Source: a virus
Lineage: Duplodnaviria > Caudoviricetes
Direction: 5' to 3' (one strand)
Virus record (IMG/VR): IMGVR_UViG_3300023179_000138
Coordinates: 1-54,230 of that record
DNA: 54,230 nt
Within the stretch, counting starts at the first letter, position 1; every line of letters begins with the position of its first letter. The notes under the pieces were generated by a model. The model made no database searches. It was not told the DNA's origin and saw only the letters and a list, made by a program, of their open reading frames with translations. A program made the translations under genes and the position numbers. Below are positions 28,987 through 36,927 of the stretch, in pieces.

Positions 28987-30147
28987 CTACCTCTTTTTGC
29001 CTTTAGTAGGGCTCTTTGTTATGGCGCCACCGCGTTTCTTACCGAACCGGCCCTCGCCACGGATGATCATTGACAGGGCCTCTTCAGGAGAAACGCCCAT
29101 TCTGTATGCAGCCATTGCGGCTTGATCTGCCAGCAGCTCCAGCTTCGGAGCACCAATTGGGGTTGTTACCCCGGTCTGCGGACTGAACAGGCCCCATGCT
29201 CGAGCCTGAGCGGGCACGGACTCTAGTCCAACTTCAGCAGCGACTTTGTCTCGCCACCACGGAGCCAGCAAAGACATCTCAGCGTTGCTAACGCTAGCGC
29301 CCGGGACAACCTCTTTGCCCTTTATAAACTTTGGATTGCGGGTGTCAGCCAGACCAACGGCTCGGCTCCAGTGCGCATCACCCACCGGGGTTCTGGTTTG
29401 GAAGCCAGTCTCAGGTACGCCAGATGCCTCGATGTACATAGGCACCTTGGGCGACTTCATCTGCATCTCGCCGGTCTCAATAAACTGCTGCATTGGCGTT
29501 GCTTGGGCGGTCTTGTGGTACGCATGCCCCGGCACCGTGAGCAGGTCTTCAGGGAAGTTTGGACCGCGCTTGTGAGCGGGCACACCGGCATACTTAACAA
29601 ACTCTGGGAACCGATCTTGCTTGAGCAAGTAGTACGCGGCGGATCCACGCGGAATCTCGGTCATCACTTCAGAGCCCGGGCTTGCCATACCCATCAGGGT
29701 ATTCATCAGCGGATACTCTTGTTGGGCTCGTTCTGGTCCAAGCTCTGCCACCATCTTTTGGTAGAACGGGTCCATGACGTACCAAGGATCCATGCCTTGC
29801 ACCAAAGCCGGGTAGTTCTCCGCCTCTGACAAGGCATCAATCATTCGCTGGCGGTTGCGCGGGTTCATCACCTTTGCTGCAGAGGCGGCGCCTCTCGGTT
29901 TATTAGCAGCACCCGGCAACGCGCCGGGGAGGTTGCCCTCTCGGTCTTTGGCCATCTCGTACAAGTCTGCACGGGTAACGCCAAACAGGCGCTTGAGCAT
30001 TGGGGACTCGGGGGCCACTTGCGCAGCAGCCTGTGCAGCCAATTCATCAGGGCGCTTGTAAATGCCCGGGAATGCGATGCGCTGCGGCTCTTTAACAGTC
30101 TGCAGGCGTTTGGCCAGCTTGGCCATTTCAGTTAACGGGCTAGCCAT
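28987..30147 (-). CDS. Hypothetical protein, possible HhH-glycosylase-like fold (DUF7178-like)
   Basis: 'PWY', 'MASP', 'PVGDAHWSR' and 'AQARAW' motifs; C-terminal 'KKRGG' tail. Confidence 0.5.
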   Translation of the reverse strand: MASPLTEMAKLAKRLQTVKEPQRIAFPGIYKRPDELAAQAAAQVAPESPMLKRLFGVTRADLYEMAKDREGNLPGALPGAANKPRGAASAAKVMNPRNRQRMIDALSEAENYPALVQGMDPWYVMDPFYQKMVAELGPERAQQEYPLMNTLMGMASPGSEVMTEIPRGSAAYYLLKQDRFPEFVKYAGVPAHKRGPNFPEDLLTVPGHAYHKTAQATPMQQFIETGEMQMKSPKVPMYIEASGVPETGFQTRTPVGDAHWSRAVGLADTRNPKFIKGKEVVPGASVSNAEMSLLAPWWRDKVAAEVGLESVPAQARAWGLFSPQTGVTTPIGAPKLELLADQAAMAAYRMGVSPEEALSMIIRGEGRFGKKRGGAITKSPTKGKKR

Positions 30148-30155
30148 GATGGCTC

Positions 30156-33100
30156 CTAATGTGCGAGAGAGAGTGCGCCAAGTTTAACGCGGCCACCACG
30201 TTTCATGCCGCCCTCACCAAAGTGTTGGTCGGGCTTGAATTCGCCTGTACGTTTAATGCGATCTAATTCGCTTTGAGTGATGTAGCGCGGAGTATTGTCT
30301 GGCACAAATGCTGGCCTTGCGCCATACCCACCCCTTACATCAATCAATCCTGCGTTTGCCAAATCGCCCTCAACTTTATAGTTACCCTCGCGGATGAACC
30401 GCTGGATCATCGGCTGGTAGTCGTCTTTAGGTGCAGCATTCTGTTTGCCCTTGATTTGGGTGATTACTCCTTTTTGTGCTTTACGAGCCTCTTGAAACTC
30501 CGGCAAGTTACGAACAAAATTTGCAATCCTATCAAGACTTGCGCCAGTGGGCATTTGCGCAAGAATGTTTGTTGCTTGCTCTTCTGGCAAATTGAATAGC
30601 CAATCCCTTGGGTTTAAATCCGGCTTGCCTACCTCAATCGTCACATGCGGGTTGTTCTTGGCGTCACGCAACGAAAAGACCTGAGCATCACCGCCCTTAA
30701 TAGCATCCCAGCCACCATGCCCATAGGTGCTGTGCCCAGAGTTACCGGAGACATCAATCCAGTCTTCAGAGCCCTTGCGGGGCTCGTAGCCACGCACCGA
30801 GTGACCCATGCGGTCAGACTCTTTGGCAAACTGACCGGGCTTGTCTAGCTGGACCATCTTGTAGCCGTCTTCAAATTCTTTGGCGATGGTCATGCCCTTC
30901 ATCTCTTCGGCCGATGCCTTGGCCATAGCAGCAGCACGCTCGATGTCGTATTCAGACGTGCGGCGTACAGCCTGCTCCATTGACATCTTGGACAACTGTT
31001 CAGGACGAAGACGACCCGTAACCATGTCCTCTCTCAGCACGTCAATGATGTGATCAACGCCCAGCGTCTCGCCCAAATCTCCGCGGTTGCGCATGCGATA
31101 CACCATCTCATCCGGGTTAAGTTTTTCAAGCCATGGGTTTTTCTCTCGGATAGATTGCACTATCGCAGGCGCCGAGCCCCAGTCCCATGCGCGTGACTTT
31201 TCTTCTAGCGTTTCTGGTTGACCCGGAACGCGGTTGCCACGAATGTTCTGATCCATTGCCATGCGCTGGTCAAAGATCTTTCGCATAGCCTCCGGGTCAC
31301 GTAGCGTGCCGGCATTGATGCTAGCGATCTGCGCGTCAGTCAGATTCTCCCACATGCGCCCAAGGTCAGTGGTCGCAGTGCCAAGCGCCGGGAAGCCAGC
31401 AATTTCTCTGGCTCTAGATACATCACTCATAAGCGGCACATCACGATAAGGCATGTGCAGCACACCCTCTTCCGCCAACTTTAAGACCGGATCATCGGGA
31501 GTGCCCATTTGCTTGCGCAGGTAGTTCTGCAGGTTTGAGTCAATCCAGTTATTGACCGCGGCGTGCCGCTCTGCACCCTCTAACACTGCCCTTGATGTTT
31601 CCATAAGGCGTCGATTAGTCTCTGTCGGCTCCGCTTCATATGCCCGACGATGGGCATCTGTTATGTCACGCTTTCTCTGGATGCTTTCAGGATTCATATT
31701 GATTGCATCATCCCGAGCGCGGAATTCACCAACAGACTTGGGACCACGAGAACCACTTAGCCACTGCCCACCTACAGGCTTGATAGCATATGCAGGTCCT
31801 TGGATAAGGCCAGACTCCATTCCAGACTCCAGAGCCCCGCGCAAAGCCTCTTGTGCAGCCGGAGCCGTATCCTTTGCCAGTTGTCCAACCTTCTTTGCCG
31901 CAGATGGCGCAAAAGGTGACGCCAGAGCCAGACCAGTCTCCAACAGCGGGCGCTCTTGCTTAGTAAAGCCGTAGTCCTTCATCAGCTTCTGGACATGCGC
32001 AGAGCCACCGATGGGCATCTCTGACCCCAGACCGAAAGGCTCCAGCCCCATGTTGACCAGATCAATCGCACCGCTCACCGGGTTGTTGGCAATCAGCCCG
32101 CGGTTAACGAGGTCCGTTACGGCGTTGGGATCACCTAGGGTCTTTACTTCCTTCTTGCCCTGCTTAACGCCCTCCTGCAGCAGAGTGCGGAGCTTGTCTT
32201 TGGCGCTCATCTCGGGGGCAGGCGTTCTCATAGCACGCGCTACAGTCACCTCTTCCGGCGTGACCTTGTACGGTGCGGGAATGTCTACCTTGCCAAACTG
32301 GTTCTCTCGCATCCAGTTCTGCAGGGCGTCAGGATCTTTTTTGTCGTAGGCGAACGTCAGGGGCAGGCCGTTGGCTGCGTGGACTTCACCGCCGCGGGCG
32401 TAGGGCTGGTAATCCCTTTGCATAAGTTGCCGATCATACGGTACGTAGTTGTCGTAGTCCTGATCCTGCGGATGCGTAGCCAGTCTTTCTTCCGGCGTCA
32501 TCTGGCGGCGGGCCTCAACAGCTCGAGCCTCTGCTTCCCCAGCCATGCGGCTATAAAGTTCGCCTGCGCGACCGGAGAATTCTTTGCTGGCTTCTGCTGT
32601 TGCATCTTTTGGCGACATGCCTTGAGCCTGCAATTCTCGGATTCTTGCTCCTACCATCAGATTCAAAGCATCTCGCGGACTGCTGCCGCCCTCAAAACCC
32701 TCAATGTCTTGAATGACGTGCTGCAGTTCATGGACCATCGTGTCTTCAGGCTTAATCTTGGCATTGGGGCTTTCAGACAGTCTGGAAAGGCCGATTGTGC
32801 GACCGCTGGGGCCCATAACCACTTCGCCATACACGCCCTTCCCAAGATCATTGCCACGGCGAACCATTACGTCATCCCCAATGTTTGGGTACGCCTTGTA
32901 CAACTCCGGATGTTCCATAACCAATCGCAACGGATAGCCGGTATACGACGGGTCAGCCCGCAACAAATCAATATCCGTCTCCAATTCCAACCTTCGCGGC
33001 CGCAGTTCAGCCCGAGCTGCGCTCAACTCCCGCGGGAACAGATCGCGCTGGCCGGTTTTATTGAATCTCATCGCCGACTCGAGCGCAGACAATTCAATCC

Positions 33101-33665
33101 GCTTTTGTTGCGCCATCGCATCCAACTCTGCCTGACTACGCAAACGCATGTTTTTGTCGCTGATCTCTTGGCGAAGCGCGCTGTCCGCACCAAAGTGAGT
33201 TCCGGTTTTACCGTGCGCCTTATTCCAGTCCTCGCCCTCGTCAACCAAACGATTGAATTCATCCGCTGCAGCCTTATTCCAAGTCTTTGCCTTGGGGCCA
33301 ATGAAGATGCCAGCCAATGCGGGAATAGCCTTCCCGCCCAGTGCAGCAGCACCCTTTAGTAGTGGGCCGCCGGCGACATCCATGCCTGCTTGCAGAGCAG
33401 CAGAGCCATAGTCGCCCTGCATCGCGGACTTACCGGCGCCGACAAAAGGGATGAAGTCAGCCGCAGTGCTCAGAGCCTCTTCAGCCTTCTTAGCGCCCGG
33501 GGCCTTGCGCATCTCCACCTTGCCGGTGTCAGCGGCAGCAAAGGCATCGCTCTTAGCGCGACCGCCACGTTTCATACGCTCTTCAATTAGCGCACGCAGC
33601 TCTGGGTTCTGAATCGCCGGCGGGCCACCTAGTAATTCATCGAGCTTTTTGCGTTTGTCGTCCAC
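30156..33665 (-). CDS. Polyvalent protein: LPD23/zincin-like module plus PcfJ-like module
   Basis: 'RQEISD', 'HPELYKAYP', 'HELQHVIQDIEGF' (HExxH), 'AGEAEAR'. The C-terminus has 'MGHSVRGY...FSLRDAKNNPHVTIEV...QIKGKQN'. Confidence 0.7.
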   Translation of the reverse strand: MDDKRKKLDELLGGPPAIQNPELRALIEERMKRGGRAKSDAFAAADTGKVEMRKAPGAKKAEEALSTAADFIPFVGAGKSAMQGDYGSAALQAGMDVAGGPLLKGAAALGGKAIPALAGIFIGPKAKTWNKAAADEFNRLVDEGEDWNKAHGKTGTHFGADSALRQEISDKNMRLRSQAELDAMAQQKRIELSALESAMRFNKTGQRDLFPRELSAARAELRPRRLELETDIDLLRADPSYTGYPLRLVMEHPELYKAYPNIGDDVMVRRGNDLGKGVYGEVVMGPSGRTIGLSRLSESPNAKIKPEDTMVHELQHVIQDIEGFEGGSSPRDALNLMVGARIRELQAQGMSPKDATAEASKEFSGRAGELYSRMAGEAEARAVEARRQMTPEERLATHPQDQDYDNYVPYDRQLMQRDYQPYARGGEVHAANGLPLTFAYDKKDPDALQNWMRENQFGKVDIPAPYKVTPEEVTVARAMRTPAPEMSAKDKLRTLLQEGVKQGKKEVKTLGDPNAVTDLVNRGLIANNPVSGAIDLVNMGLEPFGLGSEMPIGGSAHVQKLMKDYGFTKQERPLLETGLALASPFAPSAAKKVGQLAKDTAPAAQEALRGALESGMESGLIQGPAYAIKPVGGQWLSGSRGPKSVGEFRARDDAINMNPESIQRKRDITDAHRRAYEAEPTETNRRLMETSRAVLEGAERHAAVNNWIDSNLQNYLRKQMGTPDDPVLKLAEEGVLHMPYRDVPLMSDVSRAREIAGFPALGTATTDLGRMWENLTDAQIASINAGTLRDPEAMRKIFDQRMAMDQNIRGNRVPGQPETLEEKSRAWDWGSAPAIVQSIREKNPWLEKLNPDEMVYRMRNRGDLGETLGVDHIIDVLREDMVTGRLRPEQLSKMSMEQAVRRTSEYDIERAAAMAKASAEEMKGMTIAKEFEDGYKMVQLDKPGQFAKESDRMGHSVRGYEPRKGSEDWIDVSGNSGHSTYGHGGWDAIKGGDAQVFSLRDAKNNPHVTIEVGKPDLNPRDWLFNLPEEQATNILAQMPTGASLDRIANFVRNLPEFQEARKAQKGVITQIKGKQNAAPKDDYQPMIQRFIREGNYKVEGDLANAGLIDVRGGYGARPAFVPDNTPRYITQSELDRIKRTGEFKPDQHFGEGGMKRGGRVKLGALSLAH

Positions 33666-33700
33666 GTTAATGCCCCAGAGTTTTTCCGAATGATAAGGGA

Positions 33701-35113
33701 TTAGACCGCATAGGGATTCTGCCGCTTGGGCATCCCTGAATCAGCATAATCGTCATCATCCCAATCATCTGCCGGCGGAGGATCTATATCAAGCCATCCT
33801 GCATCTCGTAAGAATCGCAGGGCCTGAGTACAGGCATCGACGTAGTCATCATGCGTGCAGTCAGGGAACGAACAGATCTGGCTGACAAACCCTTCCGCCC
33901 AGTCCCTGACGTAGCCGGGCCTCTGTGAGCTCTCAGGGATCCATACACGCCCTCGAGCGATGATGTTGGACACGATGTTCAGGCGCTGCATCTTGTCGGC
34001 TCTGCCGGGGTTGTAGGCCCTCACAGGCAGGTGCGCACGCTGCAAGTCTTGGATCAGCGAGATGCCAGCAGACTTGTCCTCGACCAGTATCAGGTCTACC
34101 CGCTTGCGCTCTTTGCCTTCACCGAAGACGGTCTCGTACTCGTCAATAACCTTGGGTCGCAGGTCAGGGTATTGCAGGCGGTCTTGCCAGCAGTCGATGA
34201 CCATGGCGGACATTGGACCATCCAGCGGCTTGAACACGCCGAAGGTGATGCAGGCGGTCGGATCGTTCTGTACCTTTTCGCTGGTGGCCACGTCATAGGA
34301 CTGGACGATGTACTCGAACTTGGGAAACTCTTTGCCCGAGGGCCAGAGCTTGAACATGTCACGCTTAACGATGCCCGACTCTTCGGGGTCAAGAATCTCA
34401 GCGTAGATTTCCTGCCGGCCAATCTTGGTGCCCTCATACTGCAGGATCTGCTTTTGAAAGCTAGGCGCTAGGTTGGCGATGTTGTCATAGGTCGATGCGG
34501 TGGTCAGGACTACATCGTCGCCCTCTCGAGACACCAGATCGACAATCAGGTCTTTCGGCCGCGGCGTGGTGGTGGCGACTATCCGCGTCTTGTTACCCAG
34601 ACGCACGCCGAACATGATCTGGTCCCACGCGTCCTGCAGGTAGTCCCATGCGGCCAGCTCGTCTAGCCATGCACCGTGATACTGGCCACCCCGGAAACGC
34701 TCGGGCTCACTGGCGGGGATGCCCTTGATCAGGGATCCATTGGTGAGCTTCAGCTCGTGGTATGCGCGGTTGTAGTCGGCGACCAGCTCTTTGGGTATGA
34801 CGTTGATCAGACCGGAGTCACCCTCATAGCAGGTGGCACGCACGTCAGCAGATGTAGGAGCCGCTACAAGCCAGCGGGTGCCGGGCTCTGTCCATGCCCA
34901 CCAACCAACCTGTTCGGCCGCGGTTCTGGTCTTGCCTGCACCACGTCCAGCAAGCAGCAGCCAGATGGTCCACCAGTCACCGATTGGGACTACTTGGTGC
35001 TTGTGAGCCTTTGAGAGCCACTCAGCACGCCACGCCCATGCGGCCTGCTGCTCTGGTGTCAGAGCCTTGAACTTAGCCCGGACTTCTGGATCTCGAAGAA
35101 GCTCAACGCTCAC
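33701..35113 (-). CDS. terL: Terminase large subunit
   Basis: Walker A 'AGRGAGKT', Walker B 'AWLDE', 'ATTTP' and nuclease 'HDDYVDA'. Confidence 0.95.
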   Translation of the reverse strand: MSVELLRDPEVRAKFKALTPEQQAAWAWRAEWLSKAHKHQVVPIGDWWTIWLLLAGRGAGKTRTAAEQVGWWAWTEPGTRWLVAAPTSADVRATCYEGDSGLINVIPKELVADYNRAYHELKLTNGSLIKGIPASEPERFRGGQYHGAWLDELAAWDYLQDAWDQIMFGVRLGNKTRIVATTTPRPKDLIVDLVSREGDDVVLTTASTYDNIANLAPSFQKQILQYEGTKIGRQEIYAEILDPEESGIVKRDMFKLWPSGKEFPKFEYIVQSYDVATSEKVQNDPTACITFGVFKPLDGPMSAMVIDCWQDRLQYPDLRPKVIDEYETVFGEGKERKRVDLILVEDKSAGISLIQDLQRAHLPVRAYNPGRADKMQRLNIVSNIIARGRVWIPESSQRPGYVRDWAEGFVSQICSFPDCTHDDYVDACTQALRFLRDAGWLDIDPPPADDWDDDDYADSGMPKRQNPYAV

Positions 35114-35280
35114 TCAGGATCTTCTTCCGGTTCCGGCTTTGCTTGCGGCGGCATCTGGGCTTCAGCCTCCTGCTTGATGCGCATAGCCAGCGGCCAGACG
35201 TTATGCCCGGTGGGCAGAGCACTCAGGCCATTCAGGATTGCGTTAACTTCTTCGACGGTAAAGGTCAGGTTGATGCTCAT
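35110..35280 (-). CDS. 56-aa protein between terS and terL (not in ORF track)
   Basis: My translation: MSINLTFTVEEVNAILNGLSALPTGHNVWPLAMRIKQEAEAQMPPQAKPEPEEDPE. It has a GAGGAG RBS and 4-nt overlaps at both ends. Confidence 0.75.
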   Translation of the reverse strand: MSINLTFTVEEVNAILNGLSALPTGHNVWPLAMRIKQEAEAQMPPQAKPEPEEDPE

Positions 35281-35780
35281 GGGTTCTCCTCATTGGCGTT
35301 AACTTGTTTGGCCAGCTCCATATTTGTCAGGATCCGGTCAAACAGATCTTTGGCGTCTACGTCTACCTTCAGGGGGTTGTCGGCGTCACCAGCAAGAGTT
35401 GTGCGATCGCCGTACTTCTTGGGCTTCAGTTTTGATGCAACCCATTTGCGGGCGTCTACTCGGTTCTTCTGCCAAGTAACCCAGCCAGAATCAACTCGGG
35501 CAATACCCTTATCATCAACGATCTGAATCGGGTCTTGGTCGGCCAGAGCAATAATCTCATCGGCCAGAGTTTCAGCCTGCTCTTCCCTTGCTTTCGCGTA
35601 TTGTTCCGAAAAAGTAGGGTCTTTCATCATCCACACATACACAGTACTGATAACAGGCATGTGGGCGTCTCTGGTGATTTGACGCAATGATTCACCACTA
35701 GAGATTCGCTCGAGGATTTCTGTTGCCAGCTCATTCGTAAACTTGGACGGGCGTCCAGCACGTTTCTTGGTAGGTTCCAT
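35277..35780 (-). CDS. terS: Terminase small subunit
   Basis: 'GRPSKF...ISSGESLRQI...P..STVYVW', 'RVDARKWVASKLKPKKYGD' (Sf6-like). Confidence 0.88.
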   Translation of the reverse strand: MEPTKKRAGRPSKFTNELATEILERISSGESLRQITRDAHMPVISTVYVWMMKDPTFSEQYAKAREEQAETLADEIIALADQDPIQIVDDKGIARVDSGWVTWQKNRVDARKWVASKLKPKKYGDRTTLAGDADNPLKVDVDAKDLFDRILTNMELAKQVNANEENP

Positions 35781-35832
35781 TTGGCACCTCCGTGACAAGA
35801 TAGCTGATTGTATCAGTTACACATAAACAACA

Positions 35833-35850
35833 AGAGCCCCGAAGGGCTCT
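35833..35850 (-). terminator. Rho-independent terminator ending the early cluster
   Basis: AGAGCCC-TTCG-GGGCTCT followed by TGTTGTTT. Confidence 0.7.
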
Positions 35851-35869
35851 GTCTAGATTGGCTAACTTA

Positions 35870-36184
35870 TCAGACTGGGATCAGGCGGCCGGCATCTGAG
35901 TAGTTGCCGAGGATCTTCACCTCGTACTGCTTGCCATCGACGGTCACGGTATCGCCGCTACGGAGCACTTCTTCGCCGAAGTAAATACGGTTGGTGTAAA
36001 CCCGGTCTTCTTCGGTGTAGTGAGCCTTGAGGCAGCTACCCTTCTGGAGGATGTAGATCACACCCTCTTGGGTGTCATTGAACAGGTAGCCAGCAGCGCG
36101 TTGCGGCTTACCCTTGTAGTCGTACTCGAAAGCGAAGCAGGCGTCGCGGTCGAAGGTGTTTGCGGGGTAGGTCAATGTCGTCAT
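35870..36184 (-). CDS. Early hypothetical protein
   Basis: 104 aa, AGGAGACTGACATG start context. Confidence 0.75.
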   Translation of the reverse strand: MTTLTYPANTFDRDACFAFEYDYKGKPQRAAGYLFNDTQEGVIYILQKGSCLKAHYTEEDRVYTNRIYFGEEVLRSGDTVTVDGKQYEVKILGNYSDAGRLIPV

Positions 36185-36231
36185 GTCAGTCTCCTAGGTT
36201 TATGTATTGGGGGCCGTAGCCCCTGTTGGGT

Positions 36232-36498
36232 TTATTTGATGAGACCCGCTTCGTACATCTTGCGGAGCATATCGCTGTGGATGATTGAGTAACCAAGCTT
36301 GGCTCCCTCAGTCCGCATCCATTCGGACTCTTGCTCGATGGTGGCCAGTCGATGCGCCCCGGCGTTCATACAGCACCAATGCAATGCAGTGATGTAGTTG
36401 GTGGACGAGTCAAACCAAAACCCGTCTTTGTCCACACAACCGTAGAAGGTGTCGTCGCCGTGCATCCGGTTGAACTTGTCCCACGATTTCTTACTCAT
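36232..36498 (-). CDS. Early hypothetical protein
   Basis: ATG 36498 with AAGGAAA RBS; flanked by GGGGC-TACG-GCCCC hairpins. Confidence 0.7.
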   Translation of the reverse strand: MSKKSWDKFNRMHGDDTFYGCVDKDGFWFDSSTNYITALHWCCMNAGAHRLATIEQESEWMRTEGAKLGYSIIHSDMLRKMYEAGLIK

Positions 36499-36540
36499 CG
36501 TATTTCCTTTCAAGTATGGGGGCCGTAGCCCCCGGTGTTG

Positions 36541-36756
36541 TTAGCAGTACTTGTTGCGGAGCAGGAAGCTGATCAACTCAGCCTTATCGCCTTCACGGTA
36601 CTTGCCACCAGTCGGCCAGACGTAGAACTTGCCATTGCTCAACTCACCAATCATTTCTTCTGCGGCGGTTTCACGCTTTTCGATGCGGCCCAGATAGCGA
36701 TCTTGGGCGGCCATCCGGCTGTTTTGCTTTGCGTTGAGTTGTTGGTCAATGTTCAT
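36541..36756 (-). CDS. Early hypothetical protein
   Basis: ATG 36756 with AAGGAG RBS, directly downstream of promoter cassette 1. Confidence 0.75.
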   Translation of the reverse strand: MNIDQQLNAKQNSRMAAQDRYLGRIEKRETAAEEMIGELSNGKFYVWPTGGKYREGDKAELISFLLRNKYC

Positions 36757-36793
36757 GTCGATCTCCTTAGTCATGTCCGGCTGGATGCCGTGA

Positions 36794-36843
36794 TGTAACT
36801 TTAGGATATACAACCCAGAGCTTCCAGTGAATCTTTTGTTACA
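36794..36843 (-). promoter_or_regulatory. Early promoter cassette, copy 1
   Basis: Minus strand: TGTAACAAAAGATTCACTG-N20-TAAAGTTACA; 50 bp. Confidence 0.75.
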
Positions 36844-36847
36844 AAAC

Positions 36848-36921
36848 TGGTTGCAGGGCCGGGACTCGAACCCGGGTCTCTAGCGCATGAAGCTAGCGTG
36901 GCACCTCTCCACTACCCTGCT
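36848..36921 (-). tRNA. tRNA with CAT anticodon (Met/fMet-like, atypical)
   Basis: Full cloverleaf: GCAGGG/CCCTGC acceptor, GTGG/CCAC D stem, CTAGC-TTCATGC-GCTAG anticodon arm, CCGGG-TTCGAGT-CCCGG T arm, encoded CCA. Confidence 0.9.
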
Positions 36922-36927
36922 CCTCAA

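Noticed and set aside
36848-36921. tRNA as a prophage attachment site
   Set aside because: There is no integrase, no duplicated tRNA 3' end and no flanking host genes.
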